Part shown: positions 54,916 through 64,000 of the stretch, in pieces
How the letters are laid out: each line of letters opens with the position of its first letter
Numbering within the stretch: the first letter of the stretch is position 1
Source of the DNA: Takakia lepidozioides
Taxonomy: Eukaryota > Plantae > Bryophyta
DNA length: 64,000 nt
Direction: 5' to 3'
NCBI GenBank assembly: GCA_030704615.1
Contig: CM060731.1
Coordinates: 86,242,001 to 86,306,000, forward strand
Position numbers and translations under genes: made by a program
Notes under the pieces: model-generated
Databases searched by the model: none
The model's input: only the letters and a program-made list of their open reading frames with translations
Told to the model about the DNA's origin: nothing

Positions 54916-55740
54916 GAAGTGGGCCCATGGGGCTGCTCAGGCGACCGCTGCTACTGTCGGTCGCCCAACACTCTCATTCTTAGCATGGGCGACCGGTTCG
55001 GGTGGTCGCCCCGTGTTGTGTTTAAACCGCGGCCAGCTGCAACTGTCGCCCAACATTTTTCTTCATAGAGGCGACCGACTAAGCCGTCGGCCACGGTTAC
55101 CCTGTCCTATGTGGACCCGCCGGGCGACCGCCTCACCGGTCGCCCATTGTGTGAGCCCGACCGCCGACCGCCAAGGTGGACCGCCCAGGAAATTGATATG
55201 GCGGCGGTCCGCTTCGGCAGCGTCGTGAGTGTCTCGAGGAATACTACTCGCAGCGCACACCCTTGCAGAGGTATCACCTATAAATCGATGCCTTGTTGCA
55301 TACACCAACAGAGGTATAGTCTGCAATCCAATGTGTACATCCCTGTAGAGGTATCACCTCTCCATGCCCTCTTACAAGGACACATTAGAGGCATAGTCCG
55401 TGAGTCACAACGTACATCTTTTCATAGGTATCACTGGGAAGTGGAAGCCTCCATTTTTGGAAACACATCGGCGACCGCCTCAACGGTCGCCGCTTATTTG
55501 TCAAAATGCGGAACCCGCCAGATCCTGTGCTCGCGGGCTTATCTTCTTTAGGCGGGCGACCGCAAATATGGTCGCCCATTGCCATCCGTAAACGGGCGAC
55601 TGTTATTAAGGTGAAGCATGAACGTGTCCGCCACTTCCTGCGCCTCCCGACCACCCATTGCCTTCGTTAGATGGGCAACCGCTGTTACGGTCGCCCGTTG
55701 TCATGCTTAAAAGAGCGACTGCCAATGGCTATCGCCCGTT
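54916..55740. repeat. GGCGACC/GGTCGCC subterminal-type repeats of the inverted CACTA 3' region
   Basis: More than 15 direct and inverted copies of the motif; no terminal CACTA at the junction. Confidence 0.6.
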
Positions 55741-56981
55741 ATGAAGGTGAAGCTGGAACACCATCTGAGGGTGATGTGTAGATGTCATTCACTTTGGAGG
55801 CCTTTGTAAAGGTATCACCCGAAGAGATATAGTCTGTCACAAGCAAACAAAATCCTTGTAAGGGTATCACCCTTAAATACATGCACTGTTCTATACCCCA
55901 ATAGAGGTGTAGTCTGTTAGTCACAAGTTTATATCGTTTCAGAGGCATCACCCCGGAATGAAATGCCTATTTCATGGAACATGGTGGTCCGAGTGATGGC
56001 CAATGTGATTGCGTCTTGATATTTTGATTTGCATAGCGATTAGGAGGTTTCAAAGTCGGCCCATTTGAGTATGTTAGCAAAGGTATTGGGTTGGGTGTGG
56101 GGGGGCTTGGGCTGCACTTGTGAGGATGGGAAGGTCATGATATATGTATATGACACTAGCATCTGAAATTTACCATTAAATAGCACCTCAATCAGCGGTT
56201 GTACATGCAGCTTCTACTCCAACAACCTCAAGTATGCACGCATTCCGCCTTCATATATTCATGTCTTTCTACAGTCCATCGTCAATGTCTAACGCACCAA
56301 ATAAGAGGCTCCATCTATACAAGCCGTTCCTTGGCAACTTCGCCCGCCATATCTCTTTTTGTTGTTGCTTCCTAGTTCCACACACTATGCCAAATGAACA
56401 AACTTTGGCACCTCATATGACATGAAGACGACAAGTCATACATGAGCGGTCACAAGAGACGAACCTCAACATCTACATTAACTGTTGTTAAACAACACTA
56501 GTGAATCAACATACGAGGACAACTTGGTGAGCGATTGCCTCTCATAGATCTCCAAATGCACCACCCGAGTGAAGAGTTGCATATGTCAGTTTCAGCTTCA
56601 TTTTCTCCGGGGTCTCATATAGCAGCATGTACAACGTGCTATAGCACGTAGCAGCCGTGGGAAGTTGGATTGTGGGCAAGTTGGGTTAGCCTTCGATCTT
56701 GATGCCTTCGTACGAGAAGAAAGAGGAGCCGCTGATGAATTTGAAAAGTTGTTGTCTCTTAACATACGTCATGTCTCGAACACAATCTTTAAAGCGTTCT
56801 TGTGCATAAACACGCAAGGTCACGTTGTGTCATGTGAACGAAAAACGATAAAAACAATGAAGTGCTTGCATATGCGATAGAGTGGTTGTAGGCTGCCTAC
56901 CTCAACCAGTGGAGGCACATCCACAAAGGTGCAAATGTTTACAAATACCTCCGCATCCACAAGCCGCTCGCCGGTAAACAC

Positions 56982-57506
56982 TCATGTTATCATTGCAGGC
57001 GTTATGTTTTGCAACTCTTGTAAGATGAGCTTCCAGTCCCTTGCCAAGATGCCATTGTTGTCGATGACTCCTCTCATCGAGAACTGAAAGCCTTCTCGCA
57101 TCGCTTCTCCTGCTGGTTGCACGCTTGAGAATAGCGCCCAGAAGACCATGTTCCTTGCCAGTTTCATGACCTCATCTGCAAATGTAGGCCCAACTGCAAG
57201 GATTAACATTCTTGCTGCAGTTTTTGCACACAACGGATCCTCGCAGATGGCCATCTTCGTTGCCCTTTGAGCTTGATCCCCCTCGGCAACCATGCACGCT
57301 TGCATTGCCGACCATTGGGTAGGAAATAGTTTGGAATAGTCCTCTATCCACATGTCAACCATAGAATCCGTTACATTGCTAGGCAACTTGCCACATGCAT
57401 GAGCTAGAGTGGACAATGTCATCAAACCGGCAACTTTGACTCCATATAGCGCCATCAAGAACATCAAATGTCTGAAAAACTGGAAGGTGCCTCTCTTCAC
57501 CTCCAC
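56982..57506 (-). CDS. Uncharacterised 174-aa ORF downstream of the CACTA transposase (possible second ORF remnant)
   Basis: Stop-free, protein-like composition, same strand as the transposase 3' part; GTG start only; no recognised motif. Confidence 0.35.
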   Translation of the reverse strand: MEVKRGTFQFFRHLMFLMALYGVKVAGLMTLSTLAHACGKLPSNVTDSMVDMWIEDYSKLFPTQWSAMQACMVAEGDQAQRATKMAICEDPLCAKTAARMLILAVGPTFADEVMKLARNMVFWALFSSVQPAGEAMREGFQFSMRGVIDNNGILARDWKLILQELQNITPAMIT

Positions 57507-57749
57507 AAACGCTCATGCAGACGGCTTCAACTTCAGCATGCTGCTATCGGGCATACATACAAACACCTCTCCGCATAGCTGCATGCATCATTCGGTGTTT
57601 AGTGGGCAACGAATGCACTATTGAGTCACAACCTGAGCCTTCAAAAGGACGTGCATACAAGCAGATGACAAGTTCAGGAGATGCGTACCCTCGGATCGCT
57701 GAAAAATTGCGTCCAGGCCTCTGAGAAGGCTTGTCGTAGTGGACCTCCT

Positions 57750-60700
57750 AAATCCACCATTCCATCCTCCACAAGAGTAAAGTCATCTCATCCCAACATG
57801 TACTCAATTCGAAGTGAAGTAAAGGGCGATGAGGATGACTTTCGGCCAGGAATTGTCGTTGCAAATCTCGCATTTCGCTTCCCTTCGAAACTTGTAACAA
57901 ACATGTGAGACTCGTAGTGAGAGCGGAATAGGCGAGCATCTTACAGTTATGATTGTATCACAAGCTACATTATCAAGGATTGAATGACAACTTGGTCGCA
58001 ATAATGAACGTAAGGAGCCTTAAACATTTGGAGTTTGGTTTTACCTTCAACGTAAGAGGTGGTAGTTGAGAAATGGTCTGTCGATACTTCCTCAGTACTA
58101 CGGTGCGGAAATGACATATCTGTAGATTGGACCAAGCTTTTTTTTGGCGTCAGTACTTTGTCACAAATGCAACCTCCACAGCGCCATGACCTTTGTGGAG
58201 TTGTGCGTCCCGCCACGCCGATAACCGCTCTACCATCCCATGCAAGGTGTCTTCGGGGAAGACATCCTCAACCGATGTTCCGGTGATCAAATCCATGACC
58301 GCCGGTAATGCCAACTCCGACAAGAGCACTAATGCGGAAATGACGACCGTGATCCCAAACTGCCGTGTATGAGGTCGCAAATTGAGAGGGGCCCCTTGCA
58401 ACGTCTTGCACCAAATCTGAAACCACCTCACCACAAACAATGACACCCTCAACTGCAGTCCGAAGCTAATGGCGGAATAGACTTAGAGGCTGCAATTCCA
58501 TTCTGGTGAAGAAACATTCCCACGTCGAGCGCCCCTTCCCCGTCACCGAGCGTCTAGTCTCCCTTCCATGGTTCCGCCTCCACGCAGTCGTCTCATCCTG
58601 TTGTTGCTGAACAAGGTTATTGTATCTTGTCTCCCACTCATGTATGGATGGGGTGTTCTTCAGTATGAAACTTGCTCAATCACCATGATCGGCAATTTTA
58701 CCCTCTTCGACTTTTTGGGCAAAACGATGTCATTGGTTCCGAGTTCGTGCATCCTCATCTTCCTTCCACATCCGAGGGGCTTCCTCATCCACCCTTGCCA
58801 TGTACTCCATGCAATAGAACATAGCTTCTTGCAACATATACCCCTTCCGCCATGCTACCCTCCGGGTGCGCCATTTGTCTTACAAATGATTTCAAAGTCT
58901 TCATATAATGCTCAAGGAAGTACATCCACCGAGATTGAACGGGACCGGCAATGGAAGTCTCTTCCACTAAGTGCACTACCAAGTGTACTTGGATGTCAAA
59001 GAAGGAGGGAGGAAGGTGCATCTCCAACATACACATTACCTCCACCGCCTCCTTCTTCATAAGTGGAAAATCCGCTTTCTCCAACTCTTTGGAGCAAATC
59101 CACTTGAAGAAGCCGTCATCCCATCTGGCTTGTTCGATAGCTACTCCGGCTCCGCCATTGCTAGAATTCCATTTTCTTCAATCTATACATTATCTCGCGA
59201 ACCTCGGGAGTCACTGTCCCACGTACTGCAATGGGCAAGATGTCTTGCAAAACATTGTGATAGTCTTGAGACTTGAAACCATGGACCCCGTCTTCGTTGA
59301 ACTTCATATGGAGGGATGACCCATAACCAGTTGGTGTTTGGACAACACTTATGGTGGCTATCACTTTCTTGTATTCCTCCTTTGTCCATTGCTAAGGTGC
59401 GCGCCTATACTGCCATCGTACAACACCCTTTGGGTCCACCATTTTCTGAGGCCCATAGATCGGGCATGCGACCCTACTCCTCAAGCTCCTTTCTAACATT
59501 GAGAGAATCTCCTTTTGCAGCCACTCCCTTTTTTGCCGGCGTGCCATGAAGAACCCGGCTAAAGTCTTGTGTAGCAAGACTTTATTTAGGTCTTGGTCCC
59601 CGGAGCAGGAACCATCGGGCGATTGTTCATCACTGCGTCCCTCGCGTGGGCTCCTTTGGCGACCGTGAAGTCACCGGATGAATTGTCAGATAGATAGATT
59701 ATCTGGACGCTGCAGTTGCTCCGCGGCGAGACGGACTTGACTCACTCTGTGATGAGCAAACATTCTTCTCAATATGCATAGGATCTAGAAGATGGCGAAT
59801 CTTCAGGTCCTACATATATCCCCACCCACAAATACTTACACAAATATCGCGGGCGTGAAACTTGTAACTCGTACAAAATGTGCAATATCGCATGCATGCA
59901 TAATGATATTGATGGTGTTTAGGGTGAAATATGTACTGCCCAATATGACAACTCGTAGAAGATTGAAAGTCGCTTCATGCCGGGCACCTCCACTTCACCG
60001 ACCGTGTCCGCATGGGCCTCCTTCCATCGATCTTCCCAAAACTGCCCGGATGGTGGCACAGGGGGGGGACATACCTCCTCTTTGTCATCAAACAAATGTT
60101 TGTCTCTTCTTCTCCATGGATGGCTTAGGAAGAAACTTGCGGTAGTTGGGATACACCGTCTTGCGAAGATGGCGGGAGCTATGTGTATCAAGTTCATCGC
60201 CACAATGTAGGCATGCGTGGTACCCTTTGGTGCTCAGCCCCAAGCAAAGAGTTAGTCATGTACACATCTCGCCACATTAGCAAAGACAAAAAGTTACCAT
60301 GTGCATGACCCATAGTGCCATCTACCCCACTAGGGTGCACAAGACTGTCACCGCTACTTCAATCAATCCCAATCCTCATTGATATTATCCCTTGACAAGT
60401 AACTGTACGTGGGTTCTTCACGGGGAACATAATATACCTGGATAATCATGCATTGTCCAAAGCCAGATGTCTTTCACCATAGGGTCAAGTGAAGCATCCA
60501 ATGCCGGGACCCCCATCCATAGCTCCTTAAGTTCATCAACTAGGGGTCGCAAGTACGTGTCCATATGTTTCACTTGTTTTTCCCTATGAGACATTCGGGT
60601 AGATGCAGACTAGAGTGGCGAGTGACTCAGTTTGGACTGCAATTTGTAGTTTTCGACTGACCGCTTATCATATTATTCTTCACCCTATACACATAAGTAT

Positions 60701-61761
60701 ATATTCATAGCAAATGGACTTAGAATGGGTTAGTCACTTACCATATGTACATGTGGATACAATTATTTTGGAATTTGGATGAATCTCATGAAGCTATGGA
60801 CTTTTGCATGGAATTCAAATGGACTGTCACAGTCCATCTATTGTCCCAAATGCCATCTGAAAAACCTATTTGTGCAAAACCAATTCATATATGGACTTTA
60901 CAACTAGATGCACAATGTTTGAATAGACACAAATATAAATTTGTGAACTATTCCATCCATCCATCCATCAAGACACTATGGACGATTTGTCCATAGCATT
61001 TTGAGAATTTCATATGTGGGTGGAGATCTTTGCTAGGAATATATATATTATTATTGTCTCTAGGAGCTTATTGTTATATGGACAAATTTCATAAACTACA
61101 AGATAAAAATAAATAGCTATTATTTCTAAATAAAGAAAAATTATTTTTAAAAAATATAATAAAACATATCTCAAATATTTGGGATGAGACCATTTACTAA
61201 ATATGATTAGTATACCATTACATATGAAGATAAAAATACATTTGAACAAATATCCTTAGTTAAAATTTAATTAATTTTTTCTCATGGACTTACAGTGGAG
61301 GGCACATCTGCCGCTTTTGAGCCAGTGTAGTCTACACCTACCCATTCACATCATTGTTTCAATGCTCCACCATGCTAATTATACTTCATGGGCAATAACA
61401 CATTTTACTCCATGATTACATTGATCACTCATCAATCTTCCATCGGAATTGCGTTAGAGGTCAGAAGATTAATGTAAAATCTAAGGGAATAATAAGCATG
61501 GATTAATGGGAACACTCACCTGGTACAATGGCAGCCAACATGATATGGCATTTTCTTATTGAAAGATACGGAGGGATGTTGTAATTCACCATGGTCAACG
61601 GCCAAGTAGAATGACTACATGACTGGATAGAGTACGGGTTGACCCCATCCGTGGAAAAGCCGAGGTGGACATGTCGTGGGTCATCCAAGAGAAAATGCCA
61701 TCTCTCTTCAGTATGCCTCCATGTTTGTGAACCTTGTGGCCCGCACACATTTCCCCGGGGG
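57750..61761 (-). pseudogene. 3' part of the same CACTA transposase (Transposase_21, DUF4218 regions), spliced and decayed
   Basis: DPRHVHLGFSTDGVNPY...STWP...NYNIPP, DTYLRPLVDELKELW, WTMHDYPG, SIFYELSYW, RHLLDPMHIEKNV, GFKSQDYH, PPSFFDIQVHLVVHL...GPVQSRWMY...PEGSMAEG. Confidence 0.93.
60597..61343. mobile_element. 747-bp MITE with GGG termini and 4-bp TSD ATTC, in a transposase intron
   Basis: TIRs GGGTAGATGCAGACTAGAGTGGC / GGGTAGGTGTAGACTACACTGGC (rc); ATTC at 60593-60596 and 61344-61347; shares CATGGACTT..AGTGGA...TGCCGCTTTTGA with 13384-14134. Confidence 0.85.
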
Positions 61762-62197
61762 TGTAACACCCAGGATCTACACAAACTAGAATAGAAGTAC
61801 TTCTCAACTTTTTCCCAAAACAACTCGATGGCTTCTAAGCTTTCATTGCAGGTTTATATACCCTTCACAATATGATTATTTTAAAGGTTTGACTTGAGAG
61901 CCTCAAGTCAAAGCTTCCTAAAATCAACCTTCCAAGGTTTGATATATTCTCCACAATACGACTTTATCAAAGATACTTGCTAAAGTCAACCTTCCTAGGT
62001 TTGACATATTCTCTACAATATGACTTTATCAAAGATTTGACCTACTCTCCATGATATGATATCTTAGAGGTTTGACTTGAGAGCCTCAAGTCAAACTTCC
62101 TTAAGTCAAGCTTCTTAGGATCATTCCTAATTATTCTGGAAACTTCTAGGGAACCTTCTTCCTCCATCTAGAACCTTCTAGATTCTACCTTGTTACA
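61762..62197 (-). mobile_element. 3' LTR (436 bp) of the chromovirus, inverted relative to its 5' LTR
   Basis: Matches 53438-53874 in reverse; PPT AGGAGGGGAGGAT at 62198-62210 (-); followed on the - strand by CCCCC (61757-61761). Confidence 0.95.
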
Positions 62198-62210
62198 ATC
62201 CTCCCCTCCT

Positions 62211-64000
62211 TCAAGAAGCAACGTCCTCGTTGTTCGAATTTTCAAAAGCTTGAATTGTTAATTGAGCATTTGCGAGATTTTGCATCGGTTCCCATGTAGC
62301 TTCATATAATGGAAATCCTTTCCATAAAACCAAATACTCCAACACCTCATGTCGCCCTCGTTTATATGTGCGTTTTTTCAGAACACGGTCGACCTCACAC
62401 TCTTCATTTCCGTCTATCAACTCTGGTAAAGGTTGTGGTTCTTGATTATCTTTGAATATTGATGGTTGAGGTTCGTAACGACGTAGAAGAGAACGTGAAA
62501 CACCGGGTGGATCTTCATATGTGGTGGTAACTCCAGCTTGTATGCTACTGCTCCAATGCGTTTAATGATCGAAAAAGGACCAATGAACCGTACCCCTAGT
62601 TTTCGCGATCCAATGATGTGTAAATTGGTTGTAGACAACCACACTTGATCCCCAACTGCAAACTCCTCATCCCGTCGACGTGCATTTGCATACTGATTTT
62701 GGCGATTTTGGACAACCATCAGCTTCTCTTTAGCTTGACGTACTCCCCGTCGAATTTGTTGCACAAATGCGTTAGTCGCGGCTACCTTGGATAACTCATC
62801 TTTTGGTAACTTGAACTTTGTAAGAGTTGTTGGCACATTTGGGTGTTCACCATACATAAAAAAGAAATGAGTTTCTTTCGTTGACGCGTTGACCGAGTTA
62901 TTATATAAAAATTCTACCAATGGTAATAACCAGTCTCACTCTTCTTGTTCTTCTAACGTAAAGGCCCGTAACATGTCTTCAATTGTACGATTCGCTCGCT
63001 CTGTCTGTCCATATGACTCCGGATGATAGGCTGTTGACATAGCTAATTTGGTTTTAAAAAGACCAAATAAGCTTTTCCAAAATAAGCTAGTAAATTGGGT
63101 ACCCCTGTCAGTAATGAGAACTTTAGATAGCCCATGATGAGAATAGACCGCTTCCAGATATAATCGAACTAGTTCAGGTGTAGTGACGGATTTTCTAGTG
63201 GGACGGATGTATATTATCTTACTCAATTTGTCTACAAAGACCACTATAGTGTTGTATCCCGATGAGGTTTGAGGTAACTCACAAACTAAATCCATGCTCA
63301 TATGTTCCCAACGTCTGTTTGGTACTGGTAGTGGTTGTAAAAGACCTGCTGACTTGCGGTTTGTTGATTTGTTTTGTTGACATTTCATGCAACTTCGAAC
63401 GTACGCCTCCACCTCGTCTCGCATCCGCGGCCAATAAAATGTTCGTTTTAGTTGTTCGAATGTTTTTTCAACTTCAACATGTCCCGCTATCGCCGTATCA
63501 TGAGCTTCAAACAAGACTTCTGTCTTCAATGCAGGTTCACCAGAGATCCAAAGTTTACATTCTTTGAATACCGACCCTCGAACTTCTGTCACTTTGCTCT
63601 TCTTCTTAGCGTCCACGATCTCCCCCTCGTCTTTAGAAGCCGTCGCTATCTTGTTCCACCAATCGGGTTGAATGTTGACTTCTGTCAATGTGTTCATACG
63701 CGACATCCTTGTCATTGCATCCGCCAATTGCCATTTTCCCTCCACATAGACGATCTTCATGATAAATTGTTGTCGCCACTCCGCCCAACGAATCTGTCTT
63801 TTCGATAGATCTTTCTGTGTCTCCAAGTACACCAACGGTTTATGGTCTGTCTCCACTATGCACTCTTTGTCTCCAAGATAGTGCTTCCAATGTTTTGTAC
63901 CCAAAACAATGGTCAATTCTTCTCGTTCGGTTGTGTGGTAATTTTGTTTTACAGATAACCATTTGCGAGAAAAATATGTCAGTGGGTGCCATCCGTCTTC
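62211..64000 (-). pseudogene. Ty3/Gypsy pol C-terminus: RNase H, integrase, chromodomain (runs off window end)
   Basis: WKHYL...ETDHKPL, HDTAIAGH...FYWPRM...CMKCQ, SMDLV, TDRGTQF, YHPESYGQTERANR, GPF, YKLELP...HPVFHV, chromodomain EYLVLWKGFPLYEATWEP; stops and frameshift. Confidence 0.96.

Overview
Eukaryotic genomic DNA from a land plant, probably a bryophyte (inferred from spliceosomal introns, a PLS-class PPR fragment, TTTAGGG-like tracts, CACTA elements and a chromovirus). One intact host gene, a 10-exon serine carboxypeptidase-like (clade II) gene, occupies 74-5422. The remaining ~58 kb is nested transposable elements, several resolvable to the base from target-site duplications (TSDs). 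The most unusual is a 13.9-kb Ty3/Gypsy-type retroelement (29196-43095, - strand). It encodes Gag, protease, a DNMT3-like C5-cytosine methyltransferase, a DDE integrase and a PHD finger. In place of two LTRs it has permuted (split) direct repeats, X...Y-X-Y. The internal Y/X junction is the palindrome TGACA-GC-TGTCA that reproduces the two element ends, and it also has a self-complementary primer site, a polypurine tract and a 4-bp TSD. This layout suggests integration from a circular intermediate cut inside the LTR (inference). Also present: three non-autonomous CACTA elements with 3-bp TSDs carrying exchanged cargo (PPR fragments, ~0.5-kb tandem units, a 181-bp satellite, a hairpin); a ~2.6-kb inverted repeat pair; a piggyBac-like TTAA element; two GGG-ended MITEs with 4-bp TSDs; LINE remnants, one with a 2A-like motif; and a decayed CACTA transposase gene split by a chromovirus and then by a large inversion. 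All coordinates and identities were read by eye.
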